64,000 nucleotides of DNA from Actinomycetota bacterium (GCA_003599235.1 QZJE01000003.1:3779-67778), one strand, 5' to 3'; shown: positions 11,025 through 20,914, counted from the stretch's first letter. Made by a program: numbers and translations. The notes: generated by a model not told the origin, from the letters alone.

Positions 11025-12323
11025 TCATCCCTTATCCCTTGTCCCTGCTTGAGTAGCTAGCCAGTCAAGCGTCTTACTATAACGCAAGTTGGTTCTTAAA
11101 TAATCAATTAATCCTTTTGCTTCTAATTCTTTTTTGACCTTGTCTAAATCTTGATCTTTAGCAAACTTCTTTACTTCTGCATCTACTTCTTCATCAGTAG
11201 GCTCAATATTTTCTTTTTCCGAAATGGCCTCAAGGACCAAGTTCTCCTTAACTGTTGATTCTGCTTGTTTATCAAACTTCTTTAATATATCAGCTTCAGA
11301 GGTGCCGGTTGCTTTTTGATATTGCTCCAACGAAGCACCTTGATTGCGCAGGCTTAAGTCAAATTCATTGGCTAATCTCTTAGCCATATCATCAATCATT
11401 ACCTTTGGAATACTGATTTTAGCTTGTTCACTTACCTCTTTTAAAACCTCTGCTTTATACTCTGCCTCGGCTTTTTTATCCATCTGTTCTCTAAGCTGTA
11501 CTTTTATTTCTTTTTTTAACTCATCTAAGTTTTTGTACTCACCTAATTGTTTTACAAAATCTTCGTTTAACTCCGGTAATTTTTTGACTTTAACTTCTTT
11601 TATAAACACCCGGAAATTAGCTATTTTCCCTGCTAAATCTTCTTTCGGATAGTCTTTGGGGAAAGTTATTTTAATATCTTTTATTTCACCGGCCTTGCTG
11701 CCTACAAGCTGCTCCTCAAAACCCGGAACCATTGTCTTTGAGCCAAGCCCTAACAAATAATCTTTAGCAGAGCCACCCTCAAAAGCTTTTCCGTTAATTG
11801 TGCCATCGAAGTTAATTAATAAATAATCCTGCTGCTGGGCAACTTTATTTTTAGCTACCTCTAGATTAGCAAATTTGTCTCTAATCATCTGAAGCTGGGC
11901 ATCTATATCTTTTTGTTCAACCTTTGAAAGTTTCTTTTTAGTTTTAAGTTGCTTATAATTTCCTAGCTTTACCTTTGGCTTAACCTCCACAGTAGCTGTA
12001 AACTTCAAAGGTTTTTCTTCAGCCATTTCTTGGATTTCAATATTGGGAGAATTAACAGGCACAATTCCTGTTTCTTCTACCGCTTGAATATAAAACTTTC
12101 CTAAATCATCACGCAGAGCCTGTTCTAAGACAGCTCCTTTGCCAAATTGAGTGTCTATTACTTTGGGAGGAACTTTTCCTTGGCGAAATCCCGGGATTTT
12201 AGCCTTTTTAGACAAAGCACGGTAAGCCGCTTCAATAGATTCTTTGACTTGCTCTATTGGTATTTCGACCTGTATTTCGACCTTATTTTCTTCTATTTCT
12301 TTTACTTGTGTTTTGATTGTCAT
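11025..12323 (-). CDS. tig: Trigger factor (ribosome-associated PPIase chaperone)
   Basis: [22 protein letters not shown]..., ~432 aa in tig-clpP-clpX order. The track's N-terminal extension (MVYATGGCSSAVERL...) is a read-through of the upstream tRNA-Gly, so the start is trimmed to the ATG at 12323, which has a GGAG RBS. Confidence 0.9.
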   Translation of the reverse strand: MTIKTQVKEIEENKVEIQVEIPIEQVKESIEAAYRALSKKAKIPGFRQGKVPPKVIDTQFGKGAVLEQALRDDLGKFYIQAVEETGIVPVNSPNIEIQEMAEEKPLKFTATVEVKPKVKLGNYKQLKTKKKLSKVEQKDIDAQLQMIRDKFANLEVAKNKVAQQQDYLLINFDGTINGKAFEGGSAKDYLLGLGSKTMVPGFEEQLVGSKAGEIKDIKITFPKDYPKEDLAGKIANFRVFIKEVKVKKLPELNEDFVKQLGEYKNLDELKKEIKVQLREQMDKKAEAEYKAEVLKEVSEQAKISIPKVMIDDMAKRLANEFDLSLRNQGASLEQYQKATGTSEADILKKFDKQAESTVKENLVLEAISEKENIEPTDEEVDAEVKKFAKDQDLDKVKKELEAKGLIDYLRTNLRYSKTLDWLATQAGTRDKG

Positions 12324-12331
12324 CAACTCCT

Positions 12332-12406
12332 TGGAGCGGGTGAAGGGACTTGAACCCTCGACCTTCTCGTTGGCAACGAGACGTTCTACCGCTGAACTAC
12401 ACCCGC
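12332..12406 (-). tRNA. tRNA-Gly (anticodon GCC), CCA encoded
   Basis: Reverse complement reads GCGGGTGTAGTTCAGCGGTAGAACGTCTCGTTGCCAACGAGAAGGTCGAGGGTTCAAGTCCCTTCACCCGCTCCA: 7-bp acceptor stem, D-loop, anticodon loop TTGCCAA, T-loop TTCAAGT. Confidence 0.9.
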
Positions 12407-12707
12407 CAGTCGCATAAACCATTTTGACGCTATGCAGCCCAGCTGCCTAACTTCCGTTTTATCTAGACGCCTGGGCGCAAACAAGAAAAATCGACGGCCT
12501 TAAACCCCAAAACATTACTGCAAAATCGGCGGGCTAAGCAGTCGATGCCAGAATTATAACACTAGTAGTACAAAAAATCCAACATTATTAGCAAATACTG
12601 GTTTTGCCTGTTCACAAGGGTAAGCTTTTTTAATTATTAAGTAAAAAAAAGATTAATATATTGTTTCAAGAGTTTAGCAACTATAACCCTCTGGTATAGG
12701 TTTATAG

Positions 12708-13625
12708 TTATATCATACTTAGGTAGCGTTCACCGGTATCTGGTAACATGGTTATTACAGATTTTCCCCTACCAAGCTTAGACGCAATTTCATTGGCTGC
12801 CCAGACTGCAGCTCCTGAGGATATTCCTACTAAAAGCCCTTCTTCTTTGGCCAACCTTCTTGCCATGTTAAAAGCATCTTCATCTTCAACCGTGACAATT
12901 TCGTCAATAATACTTTGGTTGAGTACCGCCGGAATAAAGCCGGCACCGATGCCCTGAATACGGTGGCGCCCCGGTTGACCACCCGATAACACCGGAGATG
13001 CTTTAGGTTCGACGGCAATTATTTTAATTTTAGGATTAATGCCTTTTAATACTTCTCCTACTCCGGTAATGGTGCCGCCTGTTCCTACCCCACCTATAAA
13101 AGCATCTATTTTACCGTCAGTTGCTGCCAATATTTCTTGAGCTGTTGTTTGGCGGTGAACTTCAGGATTTGCCGGATTGTTAAATTGCTGGGGCATATAA
13201 TAAGCTGGGTTTTTCTGTACCAACTCCTCTGCTTTTTCTACCGCCCCTGCCATACCCTTATCGGCAGGTGTCAATACTAGTTCGGCTCCATAAGCCTTAA
13301 GAAGTCCTCTTCTTTCCACACTCATAGTCTCAGGCATAGTCAATACCAGTTTATATCCCTTAACAGCGGCTACTACCGATAAACCGATACCCGTATTGCC
13401 GCTTGTCGGTTCAATGATAGTGCCCCCAGCTGATATCTGATTAAGCTCTTCAGCAGCTTCAATCATGCTCAAAGAAATACGATCTTTAACGCTTCCACCG
13501 GGATTATATGACTCTACTTTAGCCAATATACTTGCGTTATCCTTATTGCCAATAGCATTTATATTAACAATAGGGGTGTTGCCTATTAATTCTATTGATC
13601 TCTTTGCTAAATCAGGCTTTGACAT
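12708..13625 (-). CDS. Cysteine synthase / O-phosphoserine- or O-acetylserine-sulfhydrylase family PLP enzyme (CysK/CysM-like)
   Basis: 305 aa. PLP-fold type II motifs: SVKDRI lysine, TSGNTGIGL, Gly-rich loop [14 protein letters not shown]. Last gene of the ThrC-like/ThiS-like/E1 operon. Confidence 0.85.
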   Translation of the reverse strand: MSKPDLAKRSIELIGNTPIVNINAIGNKDNASILAKVESYNPGGSVKDRISLSMIEAAEELNQISAGGTIIEPTSGNTGIGLSVVAAVKGYKLVLTMPETMSVERRGLLKAYGAELVLTPADKGMAGAVEKAEELVQKNPAYYMPQQFNNPANPEVHRQTTAQEILAATDGKIDAFIGGVGTGGTITGVGEVLKGINPKIKIIAVEPKASPVLSGGQPGRHRIQGIGAGFIPAVLNQSIIDEIVTVEDEDAFNMARRLAKEEGLLVGISSGAAVWAANEIASKLGRGKSVITMLPDTGERYLSMI

Positions 13626-13714
13626 TATTCTCCTTATGTATTTTTCCTATCGGATTAATGGGTTTTAATTATACCATAAAACATCTATTTTATAAATTCT
13701 CAATAATCACCGAT

Positions 13715-14515
13715 TTAAACTAAGTCAATATTAGTAGCATGTTCATGGTCTACAAGCCCAGTAATGGACTTAGTCCCGCACAATGGACACTTTGGATCTT
13801 TTCTGACATTAACCTTGGTAAACTCCATATGCAGTGTATCAATCGAGAGTAACTTGCCAACCAGAGGACGGCCTACGCCGGTAATTAGCTTAAGCGTTTC
13901 GGTAGCCATAATGGTCCCTACTATCCCTGGCACCGAACCGATTAGTCCTGCTAATGATGGATCAGACTGTTTAGATGGTGCCGGTGGCTGATGGTAGATG
14001 CACCGATAACAAGGACCTTCGTTAGGCTTGATAGTAGTAACCGAGCCATCAAACCTAAAAATAGCTCCGTGCACTAAAGGTTTGCCGGCAAAATAAGCAG
14101 CATCATTTAGCAAAAAGCGCGCCGGAAAGTTATCTGTGCAATCTACAATGATGTCATAGTTTGCAACCAACTCTTCTACGTTTTGTGCTAAAGCCTTTTG
14201 CTGATAAGTAATCACATTAACATTGGGATTTAGCTTTTTTAACTTGTCTTTAGCTGATAGAGTTTTTTCTTTGCCGATATCATCGGTAAAATGCAGTATC
14301 TGCCTTTGGAGATTACTGGCATCTACTACATCGGCATCAACAATTCCCAGTGTTCCAACACCTGCTGCTGCCAAATAAAAGTCTACCGGTGACCCAAGGC
14401 CTCCGGTGCCTACCACTAATACCTTAGCATCCTTTATTTTTTTCTGGCCAGCTTCACCAATTTCCGGCAAGATAAAATGCCTGGCATAACGTTCCTTTTC
14501 GTCACTATTAAACAT
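13715..14515 (-). CDS. ThiF/MoeB-family E1-like adenylyltransferase for a sulfur-carrier protein (no rhodanese domain)
   Basis: 266 aa. Nucleotide-binding loop VVGTGGLGSP. Two CxxC pairs (CYRC ... CPLCG) characteristic of MoeB/ThiF zinc site. Confidence 0.85.
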   Translation of the reverse strand: MFNSDEKERYARHFILPEIGEAGQKKIKDAKVLVVGTGGLGSPVDFYLAAAGVGTLGIVDADVVDASNLQRQILHFTDDIGKEKTLSAKDKLKKLNPNVNVITYQQKALAQNVEELVANYDIIVDCTDNFPARFLLNDAAYFAGKPLVHGAIFRFDGSVTTIKPNEGPCYRCIYHQPPAPSKQSDPSLAGLIGSVPGIVGTIMATETLKLITGVGRPLVGKLLSIDTLHMEFTKVNVRKDPKCPLCGTKSITGLVDHEHATNIDLV

Positions 14516-14533
14516 ATTTTCACCCCCCTGTAT

Positions 14534-14806
14534 TTATCCTCCGGCAACTGCCGGGATTATCGATATTTGATCATCCGAGGTTAAACCCGTACTCAAGCCA
14601 TCTAAAAAGCGCACGTCTTCTTCATTAACATAAATGTTGATAAAACGCCTCAACTCACCGCTTTCATCCAAAAGCCTTTCTTTGATTCCCGGATAAGCTT
14701 CCTCTAAAGCATCGATTACCTGACTTAGGGTAGCCCCTTGTGCCTCGACTTGCTTGCTTCCATTGGTTAGACCCTCTAAGGCGGATGGAATCCTTACCTG
14801 AGCCAT
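14534..14806 (-). CDS. ThiS/MoaD/CysO-family sulfur-carrier protein ending in Gly-Gly
   Basis: 90 aa, C-terminus ...SIIPAVAGG, beta-grasp size, sits between the E1-like gene and the ThrC-like gene. Confidence 0.8.
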   Translation of the reverse strand: MAQVRIPSALEGLTNGSKQVEAQGATLSQVIDALEEAYPGIKERLLDESGELRRFINIYVNEEDVRFLDGLSTGLTSDDQISIIPAVAGG

Positions 14807-14816
14807 TTTTTACCTC

Positions 14817-16025
14817 CTATAATATGGTTTCTTTAAAAGACTGAACTGATGGTTTTATTGTCTTCGGATAGTCTATCTTGTGACTAAAAGCCTCTATTGT
14901 TTTCAGCCCCACACCTGTTACATAAGCAACTGTTTCTTCATCAGGCTTAATTTTTTTTGCCTCAACTAGCTTCTTTAAGGTAGCAATGGTTACCCCGCCG
15001 GCAGTCTCAGCAAAAATGCCTTCTGTTCTGGCTAGGAGTTTTACGGCATCTACTATCTCATCATCTGTAACTGATTCAATATATCCCCCGCTCTTCTCAA
15101 CCGCTTTTAATGCATAATATCCGTCGGCAGGGTTACCGATAGCCAGTGATTTAGCAATAGTGTTTGGCTTAACCGGCTTGATATTTAGGCTGCGTGCTTT
15201 AAATGCGGTTGCAACCGGACTGCAGCCTTCTGCTTGAGCCCCGCTTATCTTAGTTGTCGGTTTAGAAATTAAACCCACTTTGCAAAGCTCGTCAAAAGCT
15301 TTATGTATTTTTGTCAACAAAGAGCCAGAAGCAACAGGTACAACAACATGGTCGGGAGTACGCCATCCAAGCTGCTCAGCAGTTTCAAACCCTAGTGTTT
15401 TAGAACCTTCGGCATAATAAGGGCGAATGTTGATATTTACAAAAGCCCAGTCAAACTCACTGCCGATTTCACTGCAAAGACGGTTAACATCGTCATAACT
15501 ACCCTCAACCCCTACTAGGGTAGGACTGTAAACTGCAGAATTAATAACTTTTCCTTCTTCGAGATCCTGCGGGATAAAAATAAAGGCTTTAAAGCCGGCG
15601 AAGGCAGCGTGAGCTGCAACAGAGTTAGCTAAATTTCCAGTTGAAGCACAAGCCACTGTTTTATACCCAAACTCTCTGGCTTTTGTTAGGGCAACGGAGA
15701 CCACCCTGTCTTTAAATGAATAGGTTGGGTTGATTGTATCGTTTTTAATATATAAGCTTTTTAAGCCCAGTTCTTTTGCTAAATTATTGGCTTTTTGTAA
15801 AGGAGAAAACCCAGCTGACAGATCTACTAAGTCATCTGTTGTTACCGGCAATAGCTTTTTATATCGCCAAATCGACTTGGGACCTTGCTCTATTTCTTGC
15901 CTGGATATCTTAATCTTGTCGTATTGATAAGCAACCTCAAGCGGCCCAAAACAAAACTCGCAAACATGAAGAGCTTTAGCCGGATATTGCCTCTTGCATT
16001 CCCTGCAAACCAATCCTTTATACAC
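14817..16025 (-). CDS. Threonine-synthase-family PLP enzyme with N-terminal zinc ribbon (ThrC-like; substrate uncertain)
   Basis: 402 aa. CRECKRQY...CEFC zinc ribbon. PLP-lysine motif TYSFKDRV. GTG start with AGAAGAGGG RBS. First gene after a T-box leader. Confidence 0.8.
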   Translation of the reverse strand: MYKGLVCRECKRQYPAKALHVCEFCFGPLEVAYQYDKIKISRQEIEQGPKSIWRYKKLLPVTTDDLVDLSAGFSPLQKANNLAKELGLKSLYIKNDTINPTYSFKDRVVSVALTKAREFGYKTVACASTGNLANSVAAHAAFAGFKAFIFIPQDLEEGKVINSAVYSPTLVGVEGSYDDVNRLCSEIGSEFDWAFVNINIRPYYAEGSKTLGFETAEQLGWRTPDHVVVPVASGSLLTKIHKAFDELCKVGLISKPTTKISGAQAEGCSPVATAFKARSLNIKPVKPNTIAKSLAIGNPADGYYALKAVEKSGGYIESVTDDEIVDAVKLLARTEGIFAETAGGVTIATLKKLVEAKKIKPDEETVAYVTGVGLKTIEAFSHKIDYPKTIKPSVQSFKETIL

Positions 16026-16029
16026 TTAG

Positions 16030-16325
16030 ATTCCCTCTTCTCGCTAGGCACCAGGAACAAGGCACTGGGCACCAAATTAAAAAACCCCTCTATCCCTTTG
16101 GGACGAGAGGTCTCGTGTTACCACCCAATTTCGCTTAAGCCTCACGGCTTAAGCCTCTGTGAGTACCTTACTCAATACTCTTGCCCATGATATCGGGGGC
16201 CTCCGTCTGGCTCTACTAACCATTAAGGTTTTCTTCCAGAAGCTCAGGGATCATGTTCGCTATAGTTTTTCGTACTCTGCCTCTCAACTTAAAGCAGATT
16301 CTCTGTAATACTACTAAGCCTAAGC
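16030..16325 (-). promoter_or_regulatory. T-box riboswitch leader (Stem I region, T-box sequence, terminator/antiterminator) upstream of the ThrC-like operon
   Basis: On the minus strand: AAAUUGGGUGGUAACACGAGA (compare T-box consensus AAUUAGGGUGGNACCGCG), immediately followed by the terminator hairpin CCUCUCGUCCCAAAGGGAUAGAGGGG + UUUUUU (plus coordinates 16081-16115). Specifier codon not confidently assigned; GAAAACCUU containing ACC (Thr) is one candidate. Confidence 0.6.
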
Positions 16326-16557
16326 TACTCTTTCCCTTCATAGCCATTGCCTTAATACTTAAGTTGTAATTTTATGGAATACCTTGCCTCTTGTCAATCA
16401 TCAATGCACTTTCAAATATTTCCTTTATCGTTACTGTTCTTAGTAGATACATTACCTACTTGATAAAGATAGTTATGTTTATGCTTGACTATAACTACTT
16501 TAAGCACTTATAATATTACTAAGAACTTTACAATTCTGCAATTAGGAGGTGAGTACA

Positions 16558-16923
16558 TTGAAAAAAACTATTGCCATTTTTCTTGTTGTAACCTTATTTT
16601 TAGCTGTTCTTGCCCCTTTAACAAATGCCTATGCGAAAAATAGAATTTATGGATACGTCTATGTAGGCGGCAAAAGAACAAACGGATTTACGGTTAACTT
16701 TTATAAGAAGAGACCTCCTAGATTTGTTGGCTCAACTATTACTAAGACTCGTTATCGCGTAAGGGGTTATTTTCAAAGCAGGGTTTTGGCTAATGGAGGC
16801 TATGTAGTACGTGTCCCCTACAAAACCAGTAGAGGGATTAGTGCCAAAGTAGCGTCTGCAAAAATCCCCTGCACAAAACCAATATTGATTTATCTGCCAA
16901 GGGGAGCAAGGCCTATCAGATAA
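16558..16923 (+). CDS. Small secreted basic Tyr/Arg/Gly-rich protein (hypothetical)
   Basis: Signal-peptide-like N-terminus KKTIAIFLVVTLFLAVLAPLTNAYA. Mature part rich in K/R/Y/G. Followed by a strong hairpin terminator. Confidence 0.5.
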   Translation: MKKTIAIFLVVTLFLAVLAPLTNAYAKNRIYGYVYVGGKRTNGFTVNFYKKRPPRFVGSTITKTRYRVRGYFQSRVLANGGYVVRVPYKTSRGISAKVASAKIPCTKPILIYLPRGARPIR

Positions 16924-16943
16924 TCATATAATGCTATGTTGTA

Positions 16944-16980
16944 TAAAAAATGCCAATCTTAACAGATTGGCATTTTTTAT
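16944..16980. terminator. Bidirectional rho-independent terminator between the secreted-protein gene and lnt
   Basis: aaaaaatgccaatcttaacagattggcattttttatttc: 8-bp stem gccaatct/agattggc with flanking A-run and T-run. Confidence 0.7.
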
Positions 16981-18455
16981 TTCGCAAAGTTAGATATCAA
17001 GCAATTTGCAATGCAGATAACCAAGCAAAGATAAGGAAAAAAATAACCAAGTGAAACAAAAAATGAGCTCTCTTTAATATACTTAACCTTAGCCTTTAAA
17101 TAACTTCTTTGAAAAAGCTTTGATTTAGCAATTAATTCTCCTTTGTTGTTAGTTGCCCCTGATATACCGGAGTTAGCGGATTGAATAAAATATCGGTCAT
17201 TCTCAATCGCCCTAAAAGCTCCTATTTCAAAGTGCTGGTGGGCTAAGCTGCTTCTTCCAAACCAATTGTCATTAGTGATAGTTATCAGAAGCTCAGCTCC
17301 TTTTTGGGTAACAGCTCTAGCCAGCCCCTGATTTGAAGATTCAGAACATATTAACACCCCTAATTGATGTCCTTGGTTCTTAAATAACTGTAAAGTTGTA
17401 CCTGAGGTTAAGCTTTGGCGCAATGGCTTGACTACGTTTGATATCCAACTTATAGGCAAGGTTTCCCCAAAAGGGACAAGGTATATTTTATCGTAGGGCT
17501 TCTGAAAAACTCGGCCATTAACGAAAAACGCTGAATTATATACTCTTCCCTTCGACTGCCTAAGTGAGCCTAACAAGATAGGATTCCTTTGATTAACAAG
17601 GTTATCACTATAGACATCAAAATACCCCGGCAGGATACTCTCGGGCCAAATCACCAAAGACGAATTCTTAGCACTTGCCTTAATGGTAAGCTTATTAAGA
17701 AAACTTATATTAGTTATTGAATTTACCAAACCAAATTTTTTCTCCAATGAGATATTGGGTTGGATGATTGAAACATTTTGTTTAACTGAAACGGTAGTTT
17801 TATTCAGCCTAAAAAACCCAAACCCTAAAATAACTATCAAAATAATCAGTGTTACCAAAAACGGTTTAAGCATCCTCCTTAGATTCTTTCGATTAAGAAT
17901 GATCAACACCAACGAGTAATTAATCAAGAGAATAATAAAAGAAAGCCCGAATACGCCAATTAGATTTGCTAGTTGAGCAAGGGGCAGAAAAAAGTGAGTT
18001 GTATACCCTAAAACCCCCCAAGCAAAAGCCCATGGCCCAATACTTCTTAAAAACTCAAAAACAACCCAGGCAGCCGGTATCAACAACATAGAGCTTAAGC
18101 TATTTGGACGTAAGTTGTGGATAAAAAAAGCACTAACGGCAAACAGACCAAAGCTTAAGGCCTCAAGGCAAGAAAGTAATATCCATCCCAATATAGCATA
18201 AGCTCCAGCCCACTTTGTTAAGGAAACTAAAAAGAAAGAAACAGATAAAAAGAAAGGAAGACCGCTTAACCAGCCAATAACAAAAGCTTGTTTCATATTT
18301 GTTGCCTTAACTATTGGTATTAGCACCCCTACCAGGCAAAATAAGCTAAGAAACTCTAATGAGTGAAGGTGAAAGGAGAAACTTAAAGTAATACTTGAGA
18401 CTATTGCTATTATTAAAAAAGATATTTTGATTTTTTCTAATCGTACTACATGCAT
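16977..18455 (-). CDS. lnt: Apolipoprotein N-acyltransferase (CN-hydrolase domain with multi-TM N-terminus)
   Basis: 492 aa. About 6 predicted TM helices, then nitrilase-fold motifs (VIWPES, LICSES, K-containing block). Confidence 0.75.
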   Translation of the reverse strand: MHVVRLEKIKISFLIIAIVSSITLSFSFHLHSLEFLSLFCLVGVLIPIVKATNMKQAFVIGWLSGLPFFLSVSFFLVSLTKWAGAYAILGWILLSCLEALSFGLFAVSAFFIHNLRPNSLSSMLLIPAAWVVFEFLRSIGPWAFAWGVLGYTTHFFLPLAQLANLIGVFGLSFIILLINYSLVLIILNRKNLRRMLKPFLVTLIILIVILGFGFFRLNKTTVSVKQNVSIIQPNISLEKKFGLVNSITNISFLNKLTIKASAKNSSLVIWPESILPGYFDVYSDNLVNQRNPILLGSLRQSKGRVYNSAFFVNGRVFQKPYDKIYLVPFGETLPISWISNVVKPLRQSLTSGTTLQLFKNQGHQLGVLICSESSNQGLARAVTQKGAELLITITNDNWFGRSSLAHQHFEIGAFRAIENDRYFIQSANSGISGATNNKGELIAKSKLFQRSYLKAKVKYIKESSFFVSLGYFFPYLCLVICIANCLISNFAK

Positions 18456-18549
18456 AGCAATTTATATCACTTTGGTAATTGTTTATTACTTCTATTTAAA
18501 CAGACAGCTTAATTATGGCAACTTTGATTTATCCACATTATCCACAGGT

Positions 18550-19578
18550 TTACAAAACTAAATTCGCATCCACCGTTGCACTCAGATCAGCATAGTCACT
18601 ATTCTTATATTTGTAGATGGCCGCCGCCGCAATCATAGCCGCATTGTCTGTACATAATACAGAAGGTGGATATACCAGGTTTAGCTCTGTTTTGTTAAGC
18701 GCCAACTTAAAACCTTGTCTTAAGTAAGCATTGGAAGCTACTCCGCCCGCTAAAGCAATTGTTTTTACTTGTTTGGCAACTGCTGCCTTAATAGTCTTGG
18801 TTACTAAAACATCGACTATGGCTTGCTGAAAAGAAGCGCATATATCAGGAACCCTAACCGGTTGGGTTTCTTTTTTGAGTTTATCTATATAATAGACAAC
18901 CGCTGTTTTAATCCCGGAAAAACTAAAATTATAGTCTCGCGAGTCCATCATGGGCCGACTAAACTTAATTGAGGAAGGATCCCCCTTTAATGCTTCTTTT
19001 TCAACTATTGGCCCGCCGGGATAGCCAAGCCCCAGATATTTTGCTACTTTATCATAGGCTTCCCCTGCTGCATCATCTACTGTTTGACCCATTAGCTCAT
19101 ATTTGCCAAAATCTTCTACATACACTAATGAAGTATGGCCGCCAGAAACTACTAAGCATACAAAAGGAAAGTCAAAATCGTCATTGCGAGCAGAAGGCGC
19201 GGCAATCTTATTCAAAAAGTTGGCAAATATATGGCCTTCAATATGATTAAGTGCTATCAGGGGGATATTCTGGGCTAAAGAAATCGATTTGGCAGCCGAT
19301 ATACCAACCAAGAGAGAGCCTACTAACCCGGGGCCTGCCGTACAGGCTACTGCATCAATATCATCAAAGCTCAATCTGGCTTCTTTAATCGCCTCCTCAA
19401 TAACCGGACTTAGCAACTGAAGATGGTGCCTGGATGCAATCTCAGGGACTACCCCGCCATACTTTTGGTGAAATTGTACTTGCGACGAAATGACATTGGA
19501 CAAGATAGAATATTCACTAGTTACCAAAGCAGCACTAGTATCATCGCAACTGGTTTCCAGGCCCAAGATAGTAAACAT
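18550..19578 (-). CDS. tsaD: tRNA N6-adenosine threonylcarbamoyltransferase TsaD (Kae1/Gcp)
   Basis: 342 aa. ILGLETSCDDTS N-terminus, HxxGH metal motif (IEGHIFANF), GGVASN. Confidence 0.9.
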   Translation of the reverse strand: MFTILGLETSCDDTSAALVTSEYSILSNVISSQVQFHQKYGGVVPEIASRHHLQLLSPVIEEAIKEARLSFDDIDAVACTAGPGLVGSLLVGISAAKSISLAQNIPLIALNHIEGHIFANFLNKIAAPSARNDDFDFPFVCLVVSGGHTSLVYVEDFGKYELMGQTVDDAAGEAYDKVAKYLGLGYPGGPIVEKEALKGDPSSIKFSRPMMDSRDYNFSFSGIKTAVVYYIDKLKKETQPVRVPDICASFQQAIVDVLVTKTIKAAVAKQVKTIALAGGVASNAYLRQGFKLALNKTELNLVYPPSVLCTDNAAMIAAAAIYKYKNSDYADLSATVDANLVL

Positions 19579-19587
19579 ACAGTAATT

Positions 19588-20301
19588 CTACTTAAGAAGC
19601 TCTTTTAAATACAGTGCATTCTTTGGAGCGTAGGCATTGTAATCATTATTAAAATAAGAATATATCGAATATTTAGCAGACCACTTTTTTATTTTTTTTG
19701 CCCAAGCACCTAATTCTTTACCTGAATAATTTGAGCCATATAACTCCTTACCACCGTGGAACCTTATATATAAAAAGTCTGCAGTTATTTCATGCTCAAG
19801 AGGCCACCTAGGACTATCAGCAAATACCAAAGCGGCATTGATATTCCTTAACAACTTATATGTGTCATCACTAAACCAGCTAGGATGGCGAAACTCAAAC
19901 GCGTGGCGATAATTTTTTGGCAATGCTTTTAAGAAAACCTCAAGGCGGTTTAAGTCTTTATGAAAATTACTTGGAAGTTGCCATAATACAGGACCGGCTT
20001 TTTCCCCTAAGACAGAAAGGTTATCAAACAGCCGGTTTAGAGGCTTATCTGGATCAATCAACCGTTTATTGTGAGTAATATAGCGGCTTGCCTTTATAGC
20101 AAATACAAAGTTATCAGAAGTATTTTTATTCCAGCCCTCAAATGTTTTTTTGTGTACCAAGCGGTAGAAAGTAACATTTAGCTCAACTGTTTCAAAATGC
20201 TCCTGGTAATATTGAAATGCTTTATTCTTAGCTAAGTTATCAGGATAAAAAGTGTTAAACCAGTGAGGGTAGCTCCACCCCGAAGTCCCTATATATACCA
20301 T
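19588..20301 (-). CDS. DUF72 (YecE-like) family protein
   Basis: 237 aa. MVYIGTSGWSYPHW...FYP signature of DUF72. Confidence 0.75.
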   Translation of the reverse strand: MVYIGTSGWSYPHWFNTFYPDNLAKNKAFQYYQEHFETVELNVTFYRLVHKKTFEGWNKNTSDNFVFAIKASRYITHNKRLIDPDKPLNRLFDNLSVLGEKAGPVLWQLPSNFHKDLNRLEVFLKALPKNYRHAFEFRHPSWFSDDTYKLLRNINAALVFADSPRWPLEHEITADFLYIRFHGGKELYGSNYSGKELGAWAKKIKKWSAKYSIYSYFNNDYNAYAPKNALYLKELLK

Positions 20302-20315
20302 TTAGGATATATACC

Positions 20316-20855
20316 CTAAATGCTTTTAAGAGCCATCTTTCCAACGTTTGCTTTATCAAATTTGAGGTGATCGTTTTCAACTTCCACTAAGGCTACAAAT
20401 ACTTGTCTGACTCTTTTCTCAATAGCCTTGTCTCTAGCTTGCTGATAATGAGCAACAGCTTTTTTTTCGCGTTCCAGTGCTTCTTTGTAATTGTCTAAAT
20501 CATTCTCACTAGCTTTGCCTTTGGGGATATCAGGTTTTTCGATACCCAGAATCTTAGCAATTACTGATGCATGTTCGGACTCAACTCTTGATAGCCTTTT
20601 AAAAATGCTTTTATTCTCCGGGAAAATACTTAGGTCTGCAGCTGCTTGGTAAAAAGCAGTATTAGATATCTCGACTTCTAGAGCAATTTCTAGGTTTTTT
20701 TTGGAAACATCGGTTAGCTTAATACCTTGATCTTTATCCACCCAGTGATCAGCTATTATCATGTTAGGCTCATGAGCACCGCAAAAAGGACAGTTGCCTG
20801 GCCTGCCCACCGCCAAATGGGTTTCTCCGCATATTTTACATCTATACGCTTGCAT
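20316..20855 (-). CDS. Rubrerythrin-like diiron protein with N-terminal rubredoxin-type Cys4 domain (reverse rubrerythrin)
   Basis: Start trimmed to the ATG at 20855 (AGGAGG 7 nt upstream). CKICGE...CPFCG, then a ferritin-like four-helix region with two ExxH motifs (ESEH, ENDH). The track's N-terminal extension is read-through of tRNA-Trp. Confidence 0.65.
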   Translation of the reverse strand: MQAYRCKICGETHLAVGRPGNCPFCGAHEPNMIIADHWVDKDQGIKLTDVSKKNLEIALEVEISNTAFYQAAADLSIFPENKSIFKRLSRVESEHASVIAKILGIEKPDIPKGKASENDLDNYKEALEREKKAVAHYQQARDKAIEKRVRQVFVALVEVENDHLKFDKANVGKMALKSI

Positions 20856-20914
20856 CGATTTCCTCCTAGTTACTGATGTTGGCTTGCCAAGCGAAGCTCC
20901 ACCAGAGCGAAGTT

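Noticed and set aside
11043-11065. HAIR-like palindrome CTTGACT-N8-ACTCAAG just upstream of clpP
   Set aside because: It lies inside the 3' coding end of tig, has an 8-nt rather than 7-nt spacer and carries one mismatch. It could be chance. I mention it only as context in the dnaK-leader finding.
12324-12422. N-terminal extensions of tig (MVYATGGCSSAVERL...) and of the rubrerythrin gene (MAERRSPKPDVGGSNPS..., 20856-20975)
   Set aside because: The extensions are translations of tRNA-Gly and tRNA-Trp on the same strand. Real starts were set at internal ATGs with RBSs.
19171-19190. 12-nt match (cgtcattgcgag) to the E1 repeat arm inside tsaD
   Set aside because: A single short word within a well-conserved coding region, without the partner arm. 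Most likely coincidence.
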